64,000 nucleotides of DNA from positions 9,007-73,006 of the forward strand of contig MQUF01000021.1 in NCBI GenBank assembly GCA_001914235.1. The letters run 5' to 3'. The first letter of the stretch is position 1. Each line of letters opens with the position of its first letter. Shown piece by piece: positions 19,243-29,957 of this stretch. A model generated the notes under the pieces. That model worked only from the letters and a program-made list of their open reading frames with translations, had not been told where the DNA came from and searched no databases. The DNA comes from Desulfobulbaceae bacterium DB1. Lineage in GTDB: Bacteria > Desulfobacterota > Desulfobulbia > Desulfobulbales > SURF-16. The translations under genes were made by a program, and so were the position numbers.

Positions 19243-20364
19243 TCACTCCCATTTGTCCTCCAGACCATAATGATCAAAGACAAAGGCAAATTCCCGGGAG
19301 ATCCGCTCCCGACTCACTCCGAACTCGGCGGGATCCCTGACCGCGTGCCTGCGCTGGTAGCGCTCCTGCCGGTCGGCCCGTTCAGCCACGGCCTGGTGCA
19401 GGGCCGGATCCGATCGGATGCCGGTAAAGGCGATAATCCGGTCAAAGGTAGCCGTCAGATTATACCGCAGCTCCTCGTAGGGCAGCACCAGCACCCGTTC
19501 CCGGGGCAGCTGACCATGTATGTCCAGCTCGTAAAAGTAACGGTAGAGATCAGCAATGCCCTGAAAGCGGTGTTCATTATAGCGCTGCAGAAGCTCCGGC
19601 CTGATTGTCTCAATGCCCCAGCGGAATTTGATGCTGTTGTGCAGCAGCGAGAGAAAGGAGGGCACCACTTGATGCGGGTTGCGCATGATGAAGATGAACC
19701 TGGCATCCGGATAATACTCAAGCATGGTTTGCAGGCGAAAGGTGGAGAAATGGGTCTGGGCTATGATCTGCTTTTTGCCGGTAAAAAAAATATGGCGCTT
19801 GAAACAGCTGTTCAGGAAACGCATGGAATCCAGCCGCACTTCCTTTGGTTGGCGATCATGATACTGTAACTCCGGATATTTTTGCTCGTCAAAGGAGAGC
19901 ATGCCGATGCTGATGAAGTTGGTGTCATAATTATGGAGAAAAAGCATCTCTTCTTCTTCCGTCTTGTTGAGTTCCATTTTGTGACCCGTCCATTCGGGCA
20001 TGACCTCGGTTTTTCCTTTTTTGATCATTAAATTCACCAATGGCCGGAAGAGGGCGCGGGCCGTGAGGGCGGGAAAGAAGAGGTGCCAGGTCTGGAAGGC
20101 GGCCGCATCGTCATGGCTGCTCAGTAGATGATGGAGAAAGGTGGTGCCGCTGCGGGGGTGACCGATGATAAAGATCGGTCTTTTCACCTCAACGTTGCGG
20201 AAGCCCGGGAAAAAGAGATGGTCAAGGACCATGGTTGCCGCGGTAAGTAATTTCATGAAAGGCTCAACCAGCAGCCAGGTGAAAAAAACCCGGCCCAAAC
20301 CATAGACTCGCCGGATGGAGGCGAGAACACGCAGATAGATCGTTGCCATGAAAATGAAACGCAT
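19243..20364 (-). CDS. Sulfotransferase family protein
   Basis: PIFIIGHPRSGTTFLHHLL is a 5'-PSB PAPS-binding loop. The protein has an N-terminal membrane anchor. Confidence 0.7.
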   Translation of the reverse strand: MRFIFMATIYLRVLASIRRVYGLGRVFFTWLLVEPFMKLLTAATMVLDHLFFPGFRNVEVKRPIFIIGHPRSGTTFLHHLLSSHDDAAAFQTWHLFFPALTARALFRPLVNLMIKKGKTEVMPEWTGHKMELNKTEEEEMLFLHNYDTNFISIGMLSFDEQKYPELQYHDRQPKEVRLDSMRFLNSCFKRHIFFTGKKQIIAQTHFSTFRLQTMLEYYPDARFIFIMRNPHQVVPSFLSLLHNSIKFRWGIETIRPELLQRYNEHRFQGIADLYRYFYELDIHGQLPRERVLVLPYEELRYNLTATFDRIIAFTGIRSDPALHQAVAERADRQERYQRRHAVRDPAEFGVSRERISREFAFVFDHYGLEDKWE

Positions 20365-20545
20365 TTCTTTTTTTGTCCTTCTTACTGATGAATAAGCTTG
20401 GTGAAAATGAAAAATTGCATTTTGCCGATATCCTACACCATCACAGCCTGATGGAATAGATATTATGTTGAGAGGAGCGCACGGGGAGGCGCGGTATTTT
20501 GGTCAAGAGGCCTAAATTCGACAGAAGCACAATCAGGAGAGGATT

Positions 20546-22258
20546 ATGAACACTGCTGACTTGATGATTGACCTGCTGGGGCAAATGGGAGTGAAATACA
20601 TTTTCGGCGTGCCGGGCGGAGCCATTGAGGATCTCAGTACCGCTATTTTTCACAACAAGCAAGGGGTGTTGCCGATCATTTGCAAGCATGAGGAGGGGGC
20701 TGCTTTCATGGCGGACGGTTTCGCAAGGGTATCCGGCAGGCTCGGGGTCTGCACCGCCACCGCCGGACCCGGAGCCTCCAATCTGATCACCGGCTTGGCT
20801 TCTTCCTATGCCGACTGCATCTCGGTCCTGGCTTTGACCGGGCAGGTTGCCATCTCGGTTTTCGGTAAAGGAGCCATTCAGGAATCTGGTTCGGAAGGGG
20901 TTAATATTACCAATATTTTCCGAAATTTCACCAAATACAGCGGCATGCTCATCACCGAAAAACGTGCCCAGTACATGCTGCATAAGGCCACACGACTGGC
21001 AATGACCGGCCCCAACGGTCCAGTCCATTTGAATCTGCCCACCGATCTGATGAAAAAAGAAATCGATCAGCAGAATCTCTGTACTCTGAAAACGGATGTA
21101 CGCCTGTATGATGAAGAAAGCGTCAAAAAGGCGTCTAAGTATCTTGTCGGCGCCAAAAGGGCTGCAATCATTGCCGGATGGGGCGTGGTGTTGTCCCGGG
21201 CTGCCAATGAGCTGCTGGAACTGGCTCAGCTTCTGCAAGTGCCGGTGGCGACATCGCCCAAGGCCAAGGGGGTTTTTCCGGAGTCACATCCCCTCGCCTT
21301 GGGTGTGCTGGGATTTGCTGGTAACCCCCTGGCCAAGGAGTATATCACCAATGGTGAGGTTGATGTGCTTGTCGGAGTGGGCACCAGTTTCAGTGAGATG
21401 ATGACAAGCGGCTGGGACGAGAAAATCCGGCCGAGCAAACATCTGATCCATATAGATATCAATCCGGAAAAGATCGGTAAAAACTACTGCACTTCGGTCG
21501 GCCTCGTTGGAGATGCGCGAATGAATCTCAAGGAGCTTTGCAAGGCGGTGGTCGAGGAACGATCTCAACAGAACGCCCATAAGCACTTTAATTCAATCAT
21601 GGAGTGTCTGGATGAGCTGAAGGAAAAATCCCGTGATCCTGAGCTTGATTTCACCACCCGGGAAAACCTGTACCATCCCGGCAAACTGGTGTTAGACATC
21701 CAGAGATCCTTTCCCGACAATACCATTTATTTCGCCGACATCGGCACTTCCATGGCCTGGGGCATCCGGTACATGAACATAAACCGGCCCTACTCCTTCT
21801 TCGTCTCACTCGGATTTGGTTCCATGGGCTATGCCGTGGCAGCGCCGGTGGGCGGCAAACTGGCTGTGCCGGAACGGCCCGTGGTGGCCATGGTGGGGGA
21901 CGGTTCTTTTCTCATGAACGGGTTTGAGGTGGCAACAGCCGTAAACTACAATATTCCGGTTATCTGGATCGTTTTCAACAATGCCATGCTGGGCATGGTT
22001 TATCATGGGCGTAAACTTTTTAAGACGCAGATTCCGGACGGGTTGCCGTCCAGGTTTAAAAGGGTGGATTATGCCATGGTGGCGGAAGGCTTGGGTGCCA
22101 GGGGGATACGTCTGGATGCTGAAAATCCGATAACGCCGGAGCTGGCCAGGGATATTATAGAATCGGGCCGGCCCACGGTGGTCGATGTCTGGATCGACGA
22201 AGAAGTGGTGCCGCCCATTCACAGCCGCATTTCAACTGTGGATAAACATTTCGGCTGA
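20546..22258 (+). CDS. Thiamine-diphosphate enzyme, acetolactate synthase large-subunit family
   Basis: 570 aa with an AGGAG RBS. The N-terminus YIFGVPGGAIEDL...HEEGAAFMADGFARVSG...GPGASNLITGL and the ThDP motif GDGSFLMNG...NN are present. Confidence 0.8.
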   Translation: MNTADLMIDLLGQMGVKYIFGVPGGAIEDLSTAIFHNKQGVLPIICKHEEGAAFMADGFARVSGRLGVCTATAGPGASNLITGLASSYADCISVLALTGQVAISVFGKGAIQESGSEGVNITNIFRNFTKYSGMLITEKRAQYMLHKATRLAMTGPNGPVHLNLPTDLMKKEIDQQNLCTLKTDVRLYDEESVKKASKYLVGAKRAAIIAGWGVVLSRAANELLELAQLLQVPVATSPKAKGVFPESHPLALGVLGFAGNPLAKEYITNGEVDVLVGVGTSFSEMMTSGWDEKIRPSKHLIHIDINPEKIGKNYCTSVGLVGDARMNLKELCKAVVEERSQQNAHKHFNSIMECLDELKEKSRDPELDFTTRENLYHPGKLVLDIQRSFPDNTIYFADIGTSMAWGIRYMNINRPYSFFVSLGFGSMGYAVAAPVGGKLAVPERPVVAMVGDGSFLMNGFEVATAVNYNIPVIWIVFNNAMLGMVYHGRKLFKTQIPDGLPSRFKRVDYAMVAEGLGARGIRLDAENPITPELARDIIESGRPTVVDVWIDEEVVPPIHSRISTVDKHFG

Positions 22259-22533
22259 AATTGTCGGGTGGCGCCATTGACGGTGAGGAATTTTTTGTTG
22301 AGCGATCGAGGTTTTCTCGCCGTCATTTCCGCAGCCCCTTTTTCATTGCTTTTCCGTAATAACAGCCACTATAATTAGACATAAAATCTCGGAAAATATT
22401 TTCCTTGGTGCAGGAACACGATACAGATCAATGAGTTACACTTCTGCGGACTATGCGCAGCCTGAGTCGGATATCCAAGATTTCAAAAACAACACATTTG
22501 CAAGGTTTCTTCCCGGATAACAGACCAATTCCT

Positions 22534-24453
22534 ATGCGCAGACGACCGTCAATCAGGGTGTATCTCATCGGTATGAACATGCTGTTGCTTTGTCTGCTCA
22601 TTCCGACCCTCGGATTTCTTTTTATCTGGAAGACGAGTCAGTTCCGCGATGTGCAGCTGGCCGGAAATATTGCCCTCATGCAACAGGATCTGACCAACAG
22701 AAGCTCGTCGCTGGTCCGCAGCATGGGGCTCAGTGCCGATCAGTCCATTGCCGGTTTTGATTTCAGCTTCCTGCAGAATCTGGTGGTTGAAGTCGTGGAG
22801 AATGACCCGGAAATTGTTTTTTGTTTCGTTGTGGATAAACAGTTGACCGTGGTGGCCCATAATGATCCGGTTCAGCGGGGCCGAATATTGAGCGAGCCCC
22901 GGGACAGAATGATCGGGGCAATGATGGGAACCTCTTTCCCGGAAGTAAAGCCGGCTGCCGCCAAGCCGATCAGCATTCTCTGGCCGGAGACGGATCGGAG
23001 TGATTCCGCCGTTCTTGAGGCGATTATTCCCGTTTACAGCGGTTCCCGGCTGTGGGGTGTTCTGCGGTGCGGATTTTCGCTGCAAACCTTGAATACGGCC
23101 ATCAGCGCGGCGGAAAGAGAATGGGCCGGGCAGATGGTCCGTATAAAAATTTATGTTATTACCGCCCTTTGTTTTTTTCTGCCGGCAGCTTTTTTGGCCG
23201 CCATCGTCTTGACGCGCTCATTGGTCCGCGACACACGGGCCCTGCATGACGCGGTGCATCTGGTCGCAAACGGCGATCTCAACCAAGAGATTCTACTTTC
23301 CGGCCTTGGTTGCAAGGAATTTGCCGGACTGGCCGCATCGTTCAACATCATGACGGAAAGATTGCGGCAAACCCGTGAAGAGCTGGATGAATATTCACGA
23401 TCCCTGGAAGACAAGGTTGTCGAAAGAACCCGCGACTTGAAGGAGGCCCAGGCCATTCTCCTGCGGCAGGCGCATGAGGCGGGCATGGCCGAAATGGCGG
23501 TGGGGGTTCTCCATAATATCGGCAATGCCATTACTCCGGCCAAGGTTGTTTCATCGGTTCTCCTTAAAAATATTACAGAAAGTCCGCTGAAGACAAAGCT
23601 TGCGCCATCCCTGCTCGCCTTGGAAAAATATCTGCGGCATACCGTGGAGATTGCTGATCCGGAAAAGGAACGGCTCCTCAGGATTGTGGAGATCCTGCCG
23701 ACAGCGATTGCCGAGGAATACGATTCGATTGCCGGGGAGCTGAAAAAAATTCGTGCAAAGCATGAGCACATCGAAAACATTATCGGCCTGCAGATGCGCT
23801 ATGCCCGCATTGCCGACACGATCGAACCGGTCGACATGAACAGTGTCGCGCACGATGCTCTCAATATGCTGGCCGATACCATCAAAAAACGCGATGTTCA
23901 GGTCGAGGTCGATTTTTCCCGGGTGCCGCCGGTTCGGGTGGAAGAAACAAGATTGCTTCAGGTGCTTGTTAATTTGATAAAAAACGGCTATGAGGCAATG
24001 GATACCATGGTGGGGACCAAGGAACGGAAACTCGTGATCAAAAGCAGCCTGGAAAAGGGGCGGCAACCAATGGTGCAGCTGTCGGTTGCCGATAACGGCT
24101 GCGGGTTTTCCGAGGAAGAGAAGAAGAATTTTTTTACTTTCGGCTATACGACCAAAAACACGGGTTCCGGATTCGGATTACATACCTGCGCCAACTATCT
24201 GAAAGCAAATAACGGCTCCATCGAGGCATCCAGCAAGGGGCCTGGACAAGGAGCGACTTTTGTTGTTCGTCTGCCCGCCTGGGAAGGGAGGGTAAAGAAT
24301 GAAGACGCCGGGGAAGAAAAGCCGGAGACGGGCCTGAGCGGCGGCGCACCTGGTGAAACCGCTGATTCGGCGGGGTCGGCATCCCCTGCGGCCGAACATA
24401 ATGAAATGGATACGGATCATGGAAAAAAGACGGATTCTGATTATCGACGATGA
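22534..24453 (+). CDS. Sensor histidine kinase (periplasmic sensor, HAMP, HK)
   Basis: Two TM segments, a HAMP region (ALHDAVHLVANGDLNQ...FNIMTERL), the H-box GVLHNIGNAI and an ATPase domain (DNGCGF...GSGFGLH). Start chosen at MRRRPSIR (22534). Confidence 0.85.
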   Translation: MRRRPSIRVYLIGMNMLLLCLLIPTLGFLFIWKTSQFRDVQLAGNIALMQQDLTNRSSSLVRSMGLSADQSIAGFDFSFLQNLVVEVVENDPEIVFCFVVDKQLTVVAHNDPVQRGRILSEPRDRMIGAMMGTSFPEVKPAAAKPISILWPETDRSDSAVLEAIIPVYSGSRLWGVLRCGFSLQTLNTAISAAEREWAGQMVRIKIYVITALCFFLPAAFLAAIVLTRSLVRDTRALHDAVHLVANGDLNQEILLSGLGCKEFAGLAASFNIMTERLRQTREELDEYSRSLEDKVVERTRDLKEAQAILLRQAHEAGMAEMAVGVLHNIGNAITPAKVVSSVLLKNITESPLKTKLAPSLLALEKYLRHTVEIADPEKERLLRIVEILPTAIAEEYDSIAGELKKIRAKHEHIENIIGLQMRYARIADTIEPVDMNSVAHDALNMLADTIKKRDVQVEVDFSRVPPVRVEETRLLQVLVNLIKNGYEAMDTMVGTKERKLVIKSSLEKGRQPMVQLSVADNGCGFSEEEKKNFFTFGYTTKNTGSGFGLHTCANYLKANNGSIEASSKGPGQGATFVVRLPAWEGRVKNEDAGEEKPETGLSGGAPGETADSAGSASPAAEHNEMDTDHGKKTDSDYRR

Positions 24454-26842
24454 TAAGGACATCTGGGCGGCTTATCAGATGGTGCTCGATCCTCGGCGGA
24501 AGCGGGGCGGCGCGATCGAGGAGATGAAGCGGATGTTTCGCGTCGAATCGGACGATGCGGATTCGGCTGATTTTGTACTCGTTTTTGCCGGTCAGGGGCA
24601 GGATGGGTTTCAAATTGCCCGTGCTGCGAAAATGGCGGGCGAACCCTTTGCCCTGGCATTTATCGATGTGCGCATGCCTCCGGGGTGGGACGGCATGGAA
24701 ACCGCGGTGCGCATTCGGGAAATGGATAAGGAGATCGAGATTATCATCGTTACCGCCTATTCGGATCATTCCTGCGAGGATATTGTCAGGGCTGTCGGCA
24801 CACCGTCCAAGCTTCTTTTTTTCCGCAAGCCCTTTGACCCGGAGGAATTGAGGCAGCTTGCCTGTTCGTTGAGCGACAAATGGTTGCTGGCCCGGCAGGA
24901 AGAACTGCAGCGTCGGGAACTGCAGGGCATATTGCAGACGAGCCCGGCGGCTATCTTTGTCCTGGATGCACAGGGCAAAATCATGACCTGGAATCCGGCC
25001 GCCGAGCATATTACCGGCATGCCGGCGGCAAAGGCGGTGGGAGGCCCCTGTGTGTTTCGGGAAATTTCCGAAAATCCACACTGCCGTGCATGCGCAAAGG
25101 AATGTTGTCTGCTGGATAAAAGTGAAAAGAGCAGGGAAATCGTCATCACCGACCAGGCGGGAAACAGGAAAATACTGGCGATGAATCTGGCTCCGGGCAT
25201 GAAGAAAGACGGCAAGAGCGAAAATCTCATCGGCAGCTTCTGGGATATGACTTCAATTCGAGAAACCGAGTCCGCGCTGGTTTCTTCGGAGCTTCGTTTC
25301 CGCTCCCTGGTTGAAACAACCCGGGACTGGGTCTGGGAGGTTGATGCGCAGGGGAATCTGACTTACTGCTCTCCCGTTTGCTACGAGATTTACGACTATC
25401 AGCCTGATGAACTGCGGGGAAAATCCTATTTTGATATCCTGCATGATGAACAGGCCGGCATTGCAATGAAAAAAGTATTTTTGGATTGCCTTCAGGAGGC
25501 GCGTAACTGTCAGGCCCATGAGCATCGCTGCCGCAAAAAAAACGGGGAGTACATTTTCATTGAAACAAGCGGCACCCCTGTCTTTGATAATGCGAGACGG
25601 GTAATCGGTTACCGGGGAATCGACCGTGACATCAGCCAGAGAAAGGCCGCTGATGAGGAACGGCGCCTGCTGGAAGAGCGGTATCGTCAGGCCCAGAAGC
25701 TTGAGGCGCTGGGAACCTTGTCCGGTGGTATTGCCCATGACATGAACAACATCCTTACCCCCATTCTGGGCTATTGTTCCCTGGGAAAGCTGAAGCTCGG
25801 CAAGGACCATTTTTTTTATGAAAAGCTGGAAGCCATTGAAAATTGCGCCCAAAGGGCGGCGGAATTGATTCGCCGCATTATGGGCTTCTGCCGCAAGCAG
25901 GATATGAATATCCGGCCCGTGCAGCTTAACCTCATGGTTCAGGAACTGGCGAAAATGCTGGGGAGGTTGATCCGGGAAGATATTCAGTTGACGATGGAGC
26001 TTACCGAAGATCTGTGGCTTGTCGAAGCGGATCGCAGTCAGATGGAGCAGATTCTCATAAATCTGGTGGTCAATGCCCGTGATGCCATGAATGAACCGGG
26101 GCAACTGTTCATTCGCACCGCCAATCGGATCGTTGAGCCGAAAACCCTGTACGATGTTGATCTCAGGGAGGTGAGCGGGCAATATGTGGTGCTGAGTGTC
26201 AGCGATCAGGGCAGCGGCATGGACCGGCAAACGCTGGAGATGATCTTTGATCCGTTCTTTACCACCAAGGAGGCCGGCAAGGGTACCGGGCTGGGGCTTT
26301 CCAACGTCCACGGCATCGTGGCGAGTCACAACGGCCGTATCCTGGTCGACACCGAACCGGGAAAGGGAAGTACGTTTCATATCTTTCTGCCGAAAATCAA
26401 TCCTGATTTGGTTGAAGCGGATATTTCCTCACCACCGGAGATATTGATGCCGGGCGGACCGGAGACTATTCTGCTGGTCGAGGACGACCTGGAAGTGCTG
26501 CAGGTGCTGGCGGCATCGCTTTCCGAGGCCGGCTATCATGTCCTGACCGCATCCGACGGCAATGCCGCCTTAAGGATTTTTGAGGAAAGAAAGCACGATA
26601 TCGATCTTCTGGCCACGGATCTGATCATGCCCGCCATGGGCGGCAAGGCGCTGAGCAGAATTATCCGCCTTCATGCACCTTGGCTGCCCATCCTCTATAT
26701 GACCGGCCATTCTTTTGACATTGATACGGACGAACTGAAAAATATCAGCAATACGACCTTGATGCAGAAGCCGTTCAGTCTCGAACATTTTTCCCGGAAC
26801 ATCCGTTCCATGCTTGATTCGCAGAAGAAGCAGGATTCGTAA
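24419..26842 (+). CDS. Hybrid sensor kinase REC-PAS-PAS-HisKA-HATPase-REC
   Basis: MEKRRILIIDDD (receiver), two PAS-like segments, the H-box GGIAHDMNNILTPILGY, GTGLGLSNVHG, and a C-terminal receiver ILLVEDD...LLATDLIMP. It overlaps the upstream kinase by 35 nt. Confidence 0.85.
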   Translation: MEKRRILIIDDDKDIWAAYQMVLDPRRKRGGAIEEMKRMFRVESDDADSADFVLVFAGQGQDGFQIARAAKMAGEPFALAFIDVRMPPGWDGMETAVRIREMDKEIEIIIVTAYSDHSCEDIVRAVGTPSKLLFFRKPFDPEELRQLACSLSDKWLLARQEELQRRELQGILQTSPAAIFVLDAQGKIMTWNPAAEHITGMPAAKAVGGPCVFREISENPHCRACAKECCLLDKSEKSREIVITDQAGNRKILAMNLAPGMKKDGKSENLIGSFWDMTSIRETESALVSSELRFRSLVETTRDWVWEVDAQGNLTYCSPVCYEIYDYQPDELRGKSYFDILHDEQAGIAMKKVFLDCLQEARNCQAHEHRCRKKNGEYIFIETSGTPVFDNARRVIGYRGIDRDISQRKAADEERRLLEERYRQAQKLEALGTLSGGIAHDMNNILTPILGYCSLGKLKLGKDHFFYEKLEAIENCAQRAAELIRRIMGFCRKQDMNIRPVQLNLMVQELAKMLGRLIREDIQLTMELTEDLWLVEADRSQMEQILINLVVNARDAMNEPGQLFIRTANRIVEPKTLYDVDLREVSGQYVVLSVSDQGSGMDRQTLEMIFDPFFTTKEAGKGTGLGLSNVHGIVASHNGRILVDTEPGKGSTFHIFLPKINPDLVEADISSPPEILMPGGPETILLVEDDLEVLQVLAASLSEAGYHVLTASDGNAALRIFEERKHDIDLLATDLIMPAMGGKALSRIIRLHAPWLPILYMTGHSFDIDTDELKNISNTTLMQKPFSLEHFSRNIRSMLDSQKKQDS

Positions 26843-26960
26843 GCCAAAATCCTCCGCCCCGCAGATCACAGAGCGCACAGGGAGAAAAAGAGAACATTTT
26901 GTGCGCTCCGTGCTTCCTCCTGCCATGTGTCGATCATCCGCCGGAGTATTCTGAAAAAAC

Positions 26961-26988
26961 TTGACTGGATTCGGCAAGGGTGTATATT
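26961..26988 (+). promoter_or_regulatory. Candidate sigma70 promoter of the polyamine operon
   Basis: TTGACT (26961-26966), 16 nt, TATATT (26983-26988), about 80 nt upstream of the speB ATG. Confidence 0.5.
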
Positions 26989-27068
26989 TCCGCCTTTTTT
27001 GCCATCGCGAAAGGTTCCAAATTCAGGTATGGTACTATTGTCAATCCGTGAAAAAAGAGGGTCTGCCC

Positions 27069-27974
27069 ATGTCGCTGTTGCGAGGAACCGAAATCCCATA
27101 CGAATGTTCTCGCTCTGCCGATAGCCTTCAGCCCGGCGGCGTCAACATCATCGGTGCGGGCTTTGACGGGACCGCCTGTTTCCGGAAGGGTGCTGCCGCT
27201 GGGCCGGATGCCGTCAGGCGCGTGTCGGCCGATATTGAAAGCTATTCTCCCTATCTTGATCGCGATCTGGCGGACGCGGTTTTTTATGATCTCGGCAATA
27301 TCCGGGTCGGCAACAGCGGTGATGCCGGTGATGACTGGCAGGTTTTTCTGGAGGCCTTCAACGGGTTGCTCGAACCAGCTGATTTAGCCGGCAAGTCGAT
27401 AAGGCTTCTGACCCTGGGAGGGGAGCATTCGGTGTCCTACCCGGTTATTGCGAAATATCTTGCCGTTTTCCCCGATCTTCTGCTTCTTCATCTCGACGCC
27501 CATGCCGACCTGCGTGACGGTTACGAGGGCTATCATTACTCCCATGCCTCGGTGATCAGACGATGCCTTGATCATTTCGGGGCCGGGCAGGAGCTTGCCC
27601 AGTTCGGCATTCGTTCCGGGACCAGGGAGGAGTTTGCCTGGATGCGGCGCAAGAAGACCCTGTATGGGGATCTGCGGCAATTTTTGTCTTTCGTGCGGCA
27701 GGTGCCGAAAGAACGCCCTCTCTACCTGACCCTTGATCTTGATTATTTTGATCCCGCCTTTCTGCCGGGAACAGGGACTCCGGAGGCGGGCGGCGAGGAT
27801 TTTCATTCATTTGTCGATATCATCAAAATAGTAAGCGAGAAGAATCTGGTGGGGGCCGATGTGGTGGAGCTGGCTCCTGTTATTGATCCGACCGGCAACA
27901 GCGATGTCTTTGCCGCCAAGGTGGTCAGGGAGCTCATTCTTGCCTTGCATGGGGAGGCGGTCCATGTTGGATAA
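27069..27974 (+). CDS. speB: Agmatinase (ureohydrolase family)
   Basis: Mn-binding blocks GGEHSVSYP, LHLDAHADLRD, SHASV and LTLDLDYFDPAFLPGTGTPEAGG. Start is the ATG at 27069 after AAGAGGG. Confidence 0.85.
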   Translation: MSLLRGTEIPYECSRSADSLQPGGVNIIGAGFDGTACFRKGAAAGPDAVRRVSADIESYSPYLDRDLADAVFYDLGNIRVGNSGDAGDDWQVFLEAFNGLLEPADLAGKSIRLLTLGGEHSVSYPVIAKYLAVFPDLLLLHLDAHADLRDGYEGYHYSHASVIRRCLDHFGAGQELAQFGIRSGTREEFAWMRRKKTLYGDLRQFLSFVRQVPKERPLYLTLDLDYFDPAFLPGTGTPEAGGEDFHSFVDIIKIVSEKNLVGADVVELAPVIDPTGNSDVFAAKVVRELILALHGEAVHVG

Positions 27975-29877
27975 ACGAAAAATCATCAATGCAAATGCTG
28001 AACTCTATAACGTGCTGCGCTGGGGGAACGGTTTTTTCGGCATCAATGAAAACGGGCACGTCTGCGTACTGCCTGAAAAACGGGATGACGGCCCGGCCAT
28101 AGATATTCTTGAGGTGATTGATGAGATCAAAAGTCAGGACATCCCGTTCCCCACGGTCATCCGTTTTCATGATATTCTCCGCGCCCAGGTGCGCCAGCTC
28201 AACCTGACCTTCCGCGAAGCCATGGAGGAAAGCGGTTATCAGGGCCGTTTTGTCGGCGTTTATCCCATCAAGGTGAACCAGACCCGCGAGGTGGTGGAGG
28301 AGATCATCGATGCCGGTGACCCCTTTGACTACGGGCTGGAGGCCGGGTCAAAATCCGAGTTGATGGCGGCCCTTGCCTTGAATGAAAACAGAAACGCCCT
28401 CACCGTGCTGAACGGGTACAAGGACGAGGAGTACATTCGTCTGGCGCTCCTGGGCCGCAAGCTTGACCGCAAGGTCATTATCGTCGTGGAAAATTTCTCC
28501 GAGTTTGAGATGATTATCCGGCTGTCGGAGGAAATGAATGTTTCACCCCTTATCGGCGTGCGGGCCAAACTGTCGGTGCAGGGGGGCGGCCGCTGGGCCG
28601 GGTCCAGCGGCGACCGGGCCAAATTCGGTCTGACCAGCAGCGAGATTTTAAGCGGGGTCGACCTGTTGAAGCGGTATAACATGACCGACTGTCTCACCCT
28701 GCTTCATTTCCATGTGGGCAGCCAGATTCCCGATATCCGGGTGTTGAAGGAGGCGGTCAACGAGGCCGGTCGCATTTACGCCGATCTGGTGCTGTCCGGG
28801 CTCAATATCGAATATTTCGACGTGGGCGGCGGTCTCGGCGTGGATTACGACGGCTCGCGTTCTTCCACCAATTCCTCGCGCAATTACACCCTGCAGGAAT
28901 ATGCGGCGGACATCATCGCCGTGCTGCAGCAGATCTGCGAACAGGTCAATATCCATCATCCCAACATTGTCAGCGAGAGCGGCCGCTACGTTACCGCCCA
29001 CCACTCCTGCGTCATCACCAATGTGGTCAATATCATTCACCAGACCAGCGATTCCTTTAACACCGATAAAACCGCCGGCGAGCACATTCTGGTCGGCAAC
29101 ATGCGGGAGTCGGCGGGTGACCTGACCATGGAGAATTATCAGGAGATCTACAACGATGTCCAGCAGATCAAACTTGATTCGATCCAGGCCTTTAAGCTGG
29201 GCGTCATTTCCCTGGAGGAGCGGGCCAAGATCGAAACCATCTACTGGAAGATCATCGGCCAGATCCGTGACGTCATGAAACGGGCGGATTTCGTTCCCAA
29301 GGAGCTGCAGCAGATAGACGAGTTGCGGGCCAGCCAGTATCTCTGCAATTTTTCCGTTTTCCAGTCAGCCGCCGATACCTGGGCCATCAGCCAGTTGCTG
29401 CCCATCATGCCGGTAATGCGGCTCGACGAAATCCCGGGCGAAAGGTGTTCCATCGCCGATATCACCTGTGATTCGGACGGTAAGATCGACAAGTTCATTG
29501 CCAAGAACGGCTATGATGAGAGTTTGCTGCTTCATGACCTGAAAAAGGATGAGGATTATTTTATCGGCCTTTTTCTCACCGGCGCCTATCAGGACGTGAT
29601 GGGCGACATGCATAACCTTTTCGGCCGGCTGAACGAGGTGCATGTCTACTGCGATGATGATGATCCCTCTGATTTTTATATCGAAGAGGTGATCAAGGGG
29701 GCATCGGCCCAGAATGTTCTTGCCACCATGCAATACAGCCCGGAGATCATGGCCAGGAGCATTAAGCGGAAAATTGACCGGCAGGTGCACCGGGGCACCA
29801 TCCAGCCCCGGGAAGGAGTCAAGCTGATCGATTTTTACGAGAGCTGTCTGGAAGGGTATACCTATCTGAAATTTTAG
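27964..29877 (+). CDS. speA: Biosynthetic arginine decarboxylase
   Basis: MLDKRKIINANAELYNVLRWGNGFFGINENG...FPTVIRFHDILRAQV...VYPIKVNQ. The start overlaps the speB stop by 11 nt. Confidence 0.9.
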   Translation: MLDKRKIINANAELYNVLRWGNGFFGINENGHVCVLPEKRDDGPAIDILEVIDEIKSQDIPFPTVIRFHDILRAQVRQLNLTFREAMEESGYQGRFVGVYPIKVNQTREVVEEIIDAGDPFDYGLEAGSKSELMAALALNENRNALTVLNGYKDEEYIRLALLGRKLDRKVIIVVENFSEFEMIIRLSEEMNVSPLIGVRAKLSVQGGGRWAGSSGDRAKFGLTSSEILSGVDLLKRYNMTDCLTLLHFHVGSQIPDIRVLKEAVNEAGRIYADLVLSGLNIEYFDVGGGLGVDYDGSRSSTNSSRNYTLQEYAADIIAVLQQICEQVNIHHPNIVSESGRYVTAHHSCVITNVVNIIHQTSDSFNTDKTAGEHILVGNMRESAGDLTMENYQEIYNDVQQIKLDSIQAFKLGVISLEERAKIETIYWKIIGQIRDVMKRADFVPKELQQIDELRASQYLCNFSVFQSAADTWAISQLLPIMPVMRLDEIPGERCSIADITCDSDGKIDKFIAKNGYDESLLLHDLKKDEDYFIGLFLTGAYQDVMGDMHNLFGRLNEVHVYCDDDDPSDFYIEEVIKGASAQNVLATMQYSPEIMARSIKRKIDRQVHRGTIQPREGVKLIDFYESCLEGYTYLKF

Positions 29878-29957
29878 AATTCACGAATCGGAAGGACGCC
29901 GTTGAAACGATGGAACGTTGAAACGGTTGAACGAGTCAACAAGGAAAGGAGTTTGCC

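Noticed and set aside
25253-26380. 375-aa minus ORF
   Set aside because: It is antisense to the hybrid histidine kinase.
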